The notes under the pieces: generated by a model
Databases searched by the model: none
The model's input: only the letters and a program-made list of their open reading frames with translations
What the model was told of the DNA's origin: nothing
Position numbers and translations under genes: made by a program
Part shown: piece after piece, positions 49,080-57,117 of the stretch
How positions within the stretch are numbered: the first letter of the stretch is position 1
Layout of the letters: every line of letters starts with the position of its first letter
IMG/VR virus record: IMGVR_UViG_3300021197_001654
Span: 1 to 64,000 of that record
From: a virus
Reading direction: 5' to 3' (one strand)
Length of the DNA: 64,000 nt

Positions 49080-49580
49080 ATGCCCACAAACATCTACAAA
49101 GTCACCATCGAAGCAATCATGTTCGCCGACACAGACCCAACCAACGGCGACGCCGACGCACTGCTCACGGACCTGCTGACCAGCCCCAGCCGTATCATGA
49201 ACGTCTCAAGCAAACGATACGTCGAAGCGACCAGCACCAACGAAGACGACTGGACCAAACACTCAGTTGAACCAGCACCGACACCTATCGAAGGTCCCCC
49301 ACCCGGAACACTCAAGACGACCGGATCGCCGAGACCACATAGCACCCGACCACACCAACTCGAAGCACGCAAAGCTGCAAACGGCAAATGGAGCAACGTA
49401 CATACATACGCCTACTTCAGCAACGACTACATCGCAAAGGGCCTACTAATGGGACGCGAAGCAAGAGTCTGCCACGGACGACGCTGCGTATGGCTCACGA
49501 TCGACGAGTCCAAAAAGGTCAGCGCCCAAATCAAAGCGTACACCCGTGAACGCGCAGTTGCGCGGAAGGCACAACTATGA
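49080..49580 (+). CDS. Hypothetical protein
   Basis: AGGA RBS. Confidence 0.65.
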   Translation: MPTNIYKVTIEAIMFADTDPTNGDADALLTDLLTSPSRIMNVSSKRYVEATSTNEDDWTKHSVEPAPTPIEGPPPGTLKTTGSPRPHSTRPHQLEARKAANGKWSNVHTYAYFSNDYIAKGLLMGREARVCHGRRCVWLTIDESKKVSAQIKAYTRERAVARKAQL

Positions 49581-50257
49581 AACCAACTATCCTATGGGTC
49601 GGACAATCTAAAAACAGCAAAACCGGCAACATCCCCCAAGGTTACGTCGGCGCGACACGAGAGGAAACACGCAAGTCATGCGAAGGCTGCCCAATGTTAG
49701 GCAACGGCTGTTACCACTGGCAAGGGCTGCCCCGCGCAGCCCAGGCCGGAATGCAACGCGCATACAAAAACAAACCCGAACGTTACAGTCTTGCCCATGC
49801 ACTCGACAACTCCAGCCGTATGGCACGCTACGGCCGCGGCGCAGTCGGCGGTGACCCATGGGTATTCGACCGTGACACAGTCATCGGATGGACAGACCAA
49901 GCGAAGGCCAAGGGCCTCAAAGGCATACTACTCTACACCCACTTTGCCGCCGACAAAGGAGCACACCTCAAAGGATTAGCGCTGGCATCAGTCCACACAC
50001 CCGCCGAAGCCGACGACCGCATTCGAGAGGGCTGGCGTGCAGCAATGGTCGCACCGTACAAAACAAAGGACAGCAAACGACAAAGACTAAAGGACGTACC
50101 CGTATGGAACGGCGAAACAATAACCACACCTGACGGTCACAAAGGCATCGTGTGCCCCGCTCAGCATAAACAAGTAGACTGTAACTCATGCGGTCTATGC
50201 GACGCACAACGCACAGGCGGCAAAGACGCACCACTAATCATCTTCCTTCAGCACTAA
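49577..50257 (+). CDS. Cys-rich conserved phage protein (possible Fe-S/Zn binding)
   Basis: SKNSKTG...SCEGCP...GCY; C-terminal CPAQ...CNSCGLC...IIFLQH. Confidence 0.7.
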   Translation: MKPTILWVGQSKNSKTGNIPQGYVGATREETRKSCEGCPMLGNGCYHWQGLPRAAQAGMQRAYKNKPERYSLAHALDNSSRMARYGRGAVGGDPWVFDRDTVIGWTDQAKAKGLKGILLYTHFAADKGAHLKGLALASVHTPAEADDRIREGWRAAMVAPYKTKDSKRQRLKDVPVWNGETITTPDGHKGIVCPAQHKQVDCNSCGLCDAQRTGGKDAPLIIFLQH

Positions 50258-50263
50258 GGACCA

Positions 50264-50437
50264 ATGGACACACCGACCAACGACGCCGTCGTACCGATCA
50301 CACCCACCGACCTGGAGACAATTATCGCAATCATCCCACACCTACTCAAATCCGACGAAGCCGGCCCCGCATTCTTCATCGCCACAGAAGAATGGCAGAC
50401 CAAACACAACTACTCCGAGACCGTATCCGATGTATGA
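50264..50437 (+). CDS. Small hypothetical protein (57 aa)
   Basis: AAGGA RBS; not in ORF track. Confidence 0.55.
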   Translation: MDTPTNDAVVPITPTDLETIIAIIPHLLKSDEAGPAFFIATEEWQTKHNYSETVSDV

Positions 50438-50532
50438 CGTCTACGACATCATCTTCACCTTCTTCTGGCTCTTCGCATTCTGGCACGGCTTAGCCGCTTG
50501 TGCCCAGCTAGCCTCATAAACACAGGACAACC

Positions 50533-50760
50533 ATGGACACCGACCGCAAAACCCTTCTCGAAGCAGCACACGAAACGTATCACATCACAACGAAACTGCA
50601 CCGCGTAGTCGCTGAAGACATCACAGAAAAAATAAACCGTGGACACGAAAATCCACAACTGCTCGCACAATTGATCGCGGCACACACCCACCAGACAACG
50701 GAACTAAACAAAATGTTGTACACAATCACAAACATCGAAGACAACTGGAGCAACGTATGA
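50533..50760 (+). CDS. Hypothetical protein
   Basis: AGGA RBS; last plus-strand early gene. Confidence 0.65.
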   Translation: MDTDRKTLLEAAHETYHITTKLHRVVAEDITEKINRGHENPQLLAQLIAAHTHQTTELNKMLYTITNIEDNWSNV

Positions 50761-50963
50761 CAAACACCGGCCCTCCTGGCCATTGTTGAACCCCTAAGCG
50801 AACCATAATCAACATCGGGGCCACAAGTGTGTCGTAATTTACGGCATCGAAGGACGTACGCATCGGAGTCGCTCTAAATCCAGCGCGCGCCACCAGTTTG
50901 ACACACTACATGTAGTAGGGTTAACCTTGACGGGACCACCCAGGTCAGTCCGAACAAAAGCTC

Positions 50964-50998
50964 GCGCCCGGTCAGGACCTCTCCTCTGATCGGGCGCA
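50964..50998. terminator. Hairpin terminator at convergence of early and replication operons
   Basis: GCGCCCGGTCAG...CTGATCGGGCGC, with AAAA a few nt upstream and TTT downstream. Confidence 0.55.
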
Positions 50999-51000
50999 CT

Positions 51001-51315
51001 TTATTCGAGTTCGTGGGGGTCGCCGTAAGAACCGTCGTCGGACTCGTCCTCTGAATGGCCTTCGTCACCGTCCATCTCACCGTCACCGATGAGACCCATG
51101 ATGTGATCAGCCTGCGCCTTGTGCATCTTCGAAGCCTTCTGCAACTCCTCAGCGATCTTACGCAGCGCCTTGTCCGGATCTGACCCATACTCTGAGTCTT
51201 CGCGCACCATCTTCTTCTTAGCGTCCAAGAACGAATCACCGCCAAAGTCAGCGCAGTCAGGTCCCATCGCTTCTTTCTTGGCGACGATCAATAGTTTAGG
51301 TCCGCTTCCGTGCAT
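51001..51315 (-). CDS. Acidic hypothetical protein (104 aa)
   Basis: AAGGA RBS; LRKIAEELQKASKMHKAQA helix. Confidence 0.7.
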   Translation of the reverse strand: MHGSGPKLLIVAKKEAMGPDCADFGGDSFLDAKKKMVREDSEYGSDPDKALRKIAEELQKASKMHKAQADHIMGLIGDGEMDGDEGHSEDESDDGSYGDPHELE

Positions 51316-51332
51316 GATATTTTCCGTCCTTC

Positions 51333-51878
51333 TTAAGATCCGACAACCGCGCCGCCGGCAACGATACGAGCGAGACGCTCATCAAAGTCTACATCAACCG
51401 TAACGCCTACTCGAGTGTCTGACGATTCGGACTGCGGTGTAATTCCGCATCTATCCAGTATCGCTTCCGATGCCTTGACACGATCTCTCGGCTGAGCGCC
51501 TACGTCTGTTGCAACCTCCAGGAGCGCACTGAGCGCTGCGGTAGCAGCCTCCTGCAAACCCTGACCTAATGCATCTTTCCGGCGTTCGGCCCCGCTCTCG
51601 ATAGCCTCAACGAACTCGGGCTCTTTAGACCAGCCCCACACTGTGGTCGGCCGTATACCAAGTCGTCGGGCTGCCGTAGAAACTGTGTATCCGGCTACCA
51701 ACAACTGCTTTGCCACATCCCGCATCTCATCGTTGTCACTAAACCGAGCTTGCTCGGCGAGCATAGCCACGATCTCTGCTTCTCCGACTGGAACCACAGT
51801 GCGTGGTACGACTTGTAGCCCCTCGACCGAAGGCAGAGTTGGTTGCGGTGCGTCTACTTCATCTTCCATAGACAACAT
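51333..51878 (-). CDS. Putative terminase small subunit (HTH)
   Basis: GYTVSTAARRLGIRPTTVWGWSKEPEF HTH followed by ALSALLEV...RVKASEAILDRCG. Confidence 0.6.
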   Translation of the reverse strand: MLSMEDEVDAPQPTLPSVEGLQVVPRTVVPVGEAEIVAMLAEQARFSDNDEMRDVAKQLLVAGYTVSTAARRLGIRPTTVWGWSKEPEFVEAIESGAERRKDALGQGLQEAATAALSALLEVATDVGAQPRDRVKASEAILDRCGITPQSESSDTRVGVTVDVDFDERLARIVAGGAVVGS

Positions 51879-51929
51879 CTTACCCCACCAAATAAAACCT
51901 CACAACAAACGAGGCGCAGGACGAAGGCA

Positions 51930-54071
51930 TCACGCCTCCGATTCTATCGCCATATCTGCTGCGTGCCTGTCGATGCAGTAACATCGTGTCGGCTGACCAT
52001 CGACGCGCACAACGCGGCTTCGAGCCTTCTGTATTCCACCGCTACGCTTCAGCCACTCCCGGTCTTTCCAGCGCGTGATAATCTCATCGGGCTCGTGTCC
52101 AAGCTCACGCATTAGATTATTAAAAGCAGTAGTCGTTACTGCAATCTGATCCCAATCGTTCTTCTGGTCCCATGAGCCGACCCATCCCTGCGAAGGCGAT
52201 TTAGTATTGCCCTCGCGGTCACGCTCTGCACGACCCCAAAACCTTTTCTGGTTCGACGCACACCAAGTCAAGAAATCTTGCAGTGCTGACAACGGTCGGT
52301 CAGCGTCTACGCCAGCCTGCTCCTGCGACTCAAGTAAGCAGGTGAATGGGTCAACCGTAGGGTGAGGCACACCCAAACTATGTACGATGCTAGCAGATAC
52401 TTCGAGTACAGCCAGATGCCCCGCATGTCTCCGAGCCACCGCAGACTTGGCCAGGTCGGAGTATTTCTGACGCGCCACCTGAAAGACTCCTCGGATGTCG
52501 TCATGTCTTTCCCGGTTGGCCACCAGGTACTGAACTACGCGTCGGCCGAGATGTCCGTAAGTCTTCGCCAGCAGCGCCTGTGAGTCTTCGCTCGCCGCTG
52601 AACCCACTACAATGTCGTCTCCCAGCGGCTTACCCTTGAGCGACAGAACACGCGCACGAGTACCAGCATCCTGCGAGAATGATGTAGCCGCACCTTCTCC
52701 ACTACTTACAAGAATCGAACGCCAGGACTCAGTATGGCGCGTACCTTCGACGGAGCCGCGACCCCTACCTTGACCCTGACAGAAGTCATAGATGACGTCA
52801 CGGACGATCCTCGTGTGCCTAGCGCGCTTGGTTTCGTCTAGGATCAAAGGCAGGTTCTTAAGGAATCCACTTGTACGCTCAATCCAAACCTTAGTGGCGT
52901 CCCAAGAATACATGGCTGTCGGGTATGACTCTGCGGGACGACCCCAGACGGCAGCCGCAAAGCGAAGAGCCGTAGTCTTACCACCGCTAGTCTCCCCGCT
53001 GAAGTCTAAAACAAAGCCCGGAACACGGAGCACTTCGAGTAACGGAGCCGCAGCGCTCGCGTATGTCGCGACGAACATGTAAGGAAAGTCCTCGACTAAA
53101 CGCATAGCGTCAAGCCATTCGTTCCAAGTTCCCTTAGCAACCCATCCACCCGACAAAGTCTCAAGACCTGACGGAGGCGTAAGCGCAAAGTCTGTGTCGG
53201 AATCATCCCCAGACGAATAGTACATGTCTGGTAGGAGAAACCCACCATCGGGCTGCCATCCCATCGAGGAAGCTGACTGCACTACAGGAAACCTGTGCGC
53301 ATTCTCAGCGTCGAACTCAGATAAATACGACACCATGTGCAATGTATTGTTCGTACTGACCGGCGCGTCTAAGTTTGAAAGCGTAATGATCTTTGATGTG
53401 TCGACGATAGTTCGTCTGTTGACGACTCGTGACCGCCACCCACTGGCTCCACGCCAGACAAGCAGTCGCTTAGCGTCGCCACTGACCACATCTATTGTTC
53501 GACCCGCGATAAAGATCGGCGCAAGAGCGATACGTGTCCGCGATATAGTTCCGTCGGGCTGAGCCGCAAGCCTGTATACGCCGTTAAAGTCAATCTCAAA
53601 CCCGCGAGGAGTCCTAAGACTTCCAAGCACTTGCCGGGTAACAATTGATGGCGGCGGCGAACCTTCACCCAACATAGTCTCGAGGCTAGGTAATTCGCCA
53701 AGCTGCTCTTCAATCTCGGCCAAGATAGCGTCGGAACGACGACGTCGCATATCGTTTGCGAGGTTCTGTATCGTCCTACGCAACTGACGTGCGCGCTGAA
53801 CCTGTCGCGGAATCATCTCGATAAGCGCAAGGTTTGTGTTTAGTCGGACCTCGTCTTGCAACCAAGCTTCCGCCAAGTCGCTAATGGTCTCGGGGTCATG
53901 CATGGAATCCCACGCAGCCCTATGTTCTGGGCGTCCCCCCTCTCGTAGCCGACCAACGAGTCGGTTAATTACTTCTACTGCGCGATCAACGACAGAGACT
54001 TCATCCGCGTCTCTGCTTTGGCCACCGGGGCTCTCCATCCCCACCGTGCCATCTGCTTCCATCTGAACCAC
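51930..54071 (-). CDS. DUF927 / Cch-like replicative helicase
   Basis: MGWQ, GETSGGKTT Walker A, LPLILDE Walker B, GRGR, WRSILVSSGE; C-terminal winged-helix-like region. Confidence 0.85.
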   Translation of the reverse strand: MVQMEADGTVGMESPGGQSRDADEVSVVDRAVEVINRLVGRLREGGRPEHRAAWDSMHDPETISDLAEAWLQDEVRLNTNLALIEMIPRQVQRARQLRRTIQNLANDMRRRRSDAILAEIEEQLGELPSLETMLGEGSPPPSIVTRQVLGSLRTPRGFEIDFNGVYRLAAQPDGTISRTRIALAPIFIAGRTIDVVSGDAKRLLVWRGASGWRSRVVNRRTIVDTSKIITLSNLDAPVSTNNTLHMVSYLSEFDAENAHRFPVVQSASSMGWQPDGGFLLPDMYYSSGDDSDTDFALTPPSGLETLSGGWVAKGTWNEWLDAMRLVEDFPYMFVATYASAAAPLLEVLRVPGFVLDFSGETSGGKTTALRFAAAVWGRPAESYPTAMYSWDATKVWIERTSGFLKNLPLILDETKRARHTRIVRDVIYDFCQGQGRGRGSVEGTRHTESWRSILVSSGEGAATSFSQDAGTRARVLSLKGKPLGDDIVVGSAASEDSQALLAKTYGHLGRRVVQYLVANRERHDDIRGVFQVARQKYSDLAKSAVARRHAGHLAVLEVSASIVHSLGVPHPTVDPFTCLLESQEQAGVDADRPLSALQDFLTWCASNQKRFWGRAERDREGNTKSPSQGWVGSWDQKNDWDQIAVTTTAFNNLMRELGHEPDEIITRWKDREWLKRSGGIQKARSRVVRVDGQPTRCYCIDRHAADMAIESEA

Positions 54072-54239
54072 CTAGTTACTTACAATTTCAACCCAAACAA
54101 AAACCGACCACCCGAAGACGGGTAATCTCAGACGAGCGTACTCGACCGGTCCAACCAGACTATCGAGTTGACGCACCCCGTGTCAAACCACGATTCGCTA
54201 CATCCTGTTATACTTACCTGAACGGCAATAGGAGGACTC

Positions 54240-54593
54240 ATGCCAACACCGAAAAAGACTGCGTCATCTAAACCTGCCGCAAAAAAGAAAGCCCCTGCAA
54301 AGAAGAAGGCCCCCGCAAAGAAGGCAGCACCAAAGAAGGTCGCTGCTGCTAAGCCTACACCTAAGCCGGCACCGAAACCTGCACCCCCACCACCAAAGCA
54401 TCGCTCGGTATGGATACGGACAAACGCAGGCGAAAAGACGTTTAACTTCGTAGGCGATAATGATTTTAACGCTGCGATGAAGATCATCAATTTTGCTCCG
54501 AGTAAGTCGCAAGGGTTCCGCCGACCACCAATTTACAGTGTCGACGGATACCAGTTTCAGTTTGTGTATCAATGTGTTGTGACTGAGCACTAA
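54240..54593 (+). CDS. Histone H1-like Lys/Ala/Pro-rich protein with small C-terminal domain
   Basis: AKKKAPAKKKAPAKKAAPKK repeats; AGGAGG RBS; TGTTATACT extended -10 at 54206-54214. Confidence 0.8.
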   Translation: MPTPKKTASSKPAAKKKAPAKKKAPAKKAAPKKVAAAKPTPKPAPKPAPPPPKHRSVWIRTNAGEKTFNFVGDNDFNAAMKIINFAPSKSQGFRRPPIYSVDGYQFQFVYQCVVTEH

Positions 54594-54614
54594 GCGCACC
54601 CAGCCACATCACTG

Positions 54615-56621
54615 CTACGGAGCCGGCGGAAGATTAATCGGGACAACGTTGTCTGCCTTCACGACCTTAAAGCTACCATCAGGTAGTATCTCGGTGAGTG
54701 AGGGGTCAAGGTTGTTCTCGATTAGATGCGCCGCTGTCTCTTTAGTCATCGTAAGAATATCGACCATGAGAAACCCGCGCTCCTCCAACTTCTTAGCTGA
54801 CCGGCTGATAACACTGAGCCCACCATCGTTACGTACCTTCTTGCGGGCAGGCTTCTTTTCCTGTGGCTCGGGTACTGCAACGTCCTCGACGACCTTCTCG
54901 CCTTCGACCCAGGTCTTGCTGACCTCGTCCATGTCAATGATAGTCCACCCCTTTGGCGGACGACCCATCGGACGAACGGTGCTCGCGATAACAACTTGAC
55001 CCTCAAAGCTGAGAAACCCACGCATGACGGCAGACAGAGTGCGTGTGTCCCACGCCCGGTCATACGGAATCAGAATCGCAGGGTCAGACTTACTCATCTT
55101 AGCGGTGACGGCCATACTTACAGCAACGATTACTGTGGCCCACTCGGCACCAGACAAGGCGCAGTGTAGCCTACCGTTACGCTCGAACCCCATGCGGAAT
55201 ACCTCTCGGTCGCCATCCATGAGTTCAATCTTAAAGGTCCACTGCTCCGGCAAAAACTTCTGTACTTGCGAGGTAAACTTGAGAGCTTGGACTGAGAGTA
55301 GGTGACCCACAGCTTTCTCACACGCAATCCTCAAGTCCTTGTAAGTACTCTGGTCTTCCCGAAAGTTCTGGATTCTTGATTGGGCATTAGTCAAATCGGA
55401 CCAGCGGTCACGAACGACTTCCATCTTACCTAAGGCGTCCATAGCAACACCCAGTCTCGCTTGTGCGTCGTCGACGGGAATCGCTCGACCATCTTTGGCC
55501 CTCACCTCGGTCGCCTCAACAGAAGCGATCTCTACCTCAACAGCACTCAAGTTCTTCTGAGCACTATCAATACGCCCCTGCATGTCGTTGATGCGGCCAC
55601 GGAGTTCGAATGATTGCTGCTCCCACGTAGAGTTGATGTCCTCGTAGTAGGTCTGGCAACTCTTGAGGTGGTCAAGTCCCACAGCGCTGCTGCATACAGG
55701 GCATTGCTCAAGGCTGTGCTCAACAGCAACGTTCACGATTGCGATTGCCTGGTCAACATTAGCGCCCTTCTGAGGCAGATTTAATTCAAGTTCGCGCTTA
55801 GCCGAAGTCGAAGTCACCTTCATGTCTTCCCACGCGTGTCGCTGCTCAGCTAATCGACGTAGCTTGTCTGACTTCTCGGCTTCCGTCATGCCTGAGTTCG
55901 CCGCTCGAATTGACGCGTCTAGTATCTCTCTCGCTTCGGCGACAGCAAATCGAACCTTCTCGATGTCTTCGTCCGACGGCTGGGCCTCAACGGAGTCACC
56001 GATTGTCCCGATAACAATTTCTGCGCCCTTGATCTCTTTTGCTATCTCCCGGCCACGAGTGTTCGCGTAGTTGAGAATCTCAATGAGAGTTTCAGTCTCG
56101 CTCAAGTTCCGGCCTCGATGCTGTGCAATGTCTTTATACTTGCTGTGCAACTGCGTAGGTAAGCAGGCTAAAACGTCCTCGCGATGGACGTCTTCACTTG
56201 ACCACTGCAAGAATGCTTTTCTTGCTGTCGACGCCGACCCCGAAAGAGCAGCCGCGACTGAACGGTGGACCAAGCTAAGTGCGCCCGGCCCATCATGCTG
56301 AGGCCTCTTGACCTTGCCGTCTTCTCGACGAGCGTTGTAGCTCGCTGTATTGCCATCGCTAAACCGTGCGGTAACTCCAAGCTCGTCTCCTGGTGCAAGG
56401 GTAAGAAGTAAAGCCGCGTCAGATACAATGCTTCGGCCGATAATATCATCGGCAGAGCCCGCAATCGCAAGCTCGATAGCTTGCACGACGGTGCTTTTGT
56501 GGCTTGTGTTTGACCCCACAAGCAAAGTTTTCGGTCCAATGTCGATGCTCCAGGCATCTCCATTAGGTCGAGGTGACTTCAAATTACTATAGACATTCTC
56601 GACGTAAGGTCGCGTGGACAT
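54615..56621 (-). CDS. Rad50/SbcC-like ATPase with zinc hook, divergent ATPase motifs
   Basis: LLVGSNTSHKST, coiled coils around CPVC, LSGAE signature, ILIPYDRAWD; AGGAGG RBS. Confidence 0.75.
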   Translation of the reverse strand: MSTRPYVENVYSNLKSPRPNGDAWSIDIGPKTLLVGSNTSHKSTVVQAIELAIAGSADDIIGRSIVSDAALLLTLAPGDELGVTARFSDGNTASYNARREDGKVKRPQHDGPGALSLVHRSVAAALSGSASTARKAFLQWSSEDVHREDVLACLPTQLHSKYKDIAQHRGRNLSETETLIEILNYANTRGREIAKEIKGAEIVIGTIGDSVEAQPSDEDIEKVRFAVAEAREILDASIRAANSGMTEAEKSDKLRRLAEQRHAWEDMKVTSTSAKRELELNLPQKGANVDQAIAIVNVAVEHSLEQCPVCSSAVGLDHLKSCQTYYEDINSTWEQQSFELRGRINDMQGRIDSAQKNLSAVEVEIASVEATEVRAKDGRAIPVDDAQARLGVAMDALGKMEVVRDRWSDLTNAQSRIQNFREDQSTYKDLRIACEKAVGHLLSVQALKFTSQVQKFLPEQWTFKIELMDGDREVFRMGFERNGRLHCALSGAEWATVIVAVSMAVTAKMSKSDPAILIPYDRAWDTRTLSAVMRGFLSFEGQVVIASTVRPMGRPPKGWTIIDMDEVSKTWVEGEKVVEDVAVPEPQEKKPARKKVRNDGGLSVISRSAKKLEERGFLMVDILTMTKETAAHLIENNLDPSLTEILPDGSFKVVKADNVVPINLPPAP

Positions 56622-56654
56622 AAGTCCTCCTGTTGTGATGTTACTCTTGGTCAG

Positions 56655-56681
56655 ACTATAGCAGCCTTACCGGTGTGTCAA
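56655..56681 (-). promoter_or_regulatory. Sigma70-like promoter candidate for the Rad50-like gene
   Basis: TTGACA, 15-nt spacer, TATAGT with TG extension (spacer short). Confidence 0.45.
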
Positions 56682-57109
56682 GCGCTAAACTCTAACCGTG
56701 CCCATGAAGCCCAGTTATCTTCAGGCAGCACATGTATCGCCTGTACTTGTTGGAATCTATCTTCGTCAGGGCACCACGAATAAACATGCTTACCCTCAGA
56801 CAAGAAGCCATCTACGATCTGCGCAGTAGCTTTCCCTACAATTATGTCCCCGCACTCTGAGTACGCAGGCACGATAACGCCATGGAACATAGGTGCTCCA
56901 CGATAGTCTTTCCCATGCGGTACGTCTCGGCACCAAGCCTTCCATCCGCCGAGGGCTGCCGACCTGGTGTCGTAGTCATCTCTTCCCGAGACTACTTTAG
57001 TTTCCCAGCCGTCTTGCACTAGAGATCTACCGATCTTGGCGCACCACTGCTCTATCTCCCCTGGATCATCCGCTTTCGAATGCGCCAGGAACCACTTTGA
57101 TTGATTCAT
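56678..57109 (-). CDS. Hypothetical protein (143 aa)
   Basis: AGGAGAGG RBS directly after pol. Confidence 0.75.
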   Translation of the reverse strand: MNQSKWFLAHSKADDPGEIEQWCAKIGRSLVQDGWETKVVSGRDDYDTRSAALGGWKAWCRDVPHGKDYRGAPMFHGVIVPAYSECGDIIVGKATAQIVDGFLSEGKHVYSWCPDEDRFQQVQAIHVLPEDNWASWARLEFSA

Positions 57110-57117
57110 ATCCTCTC

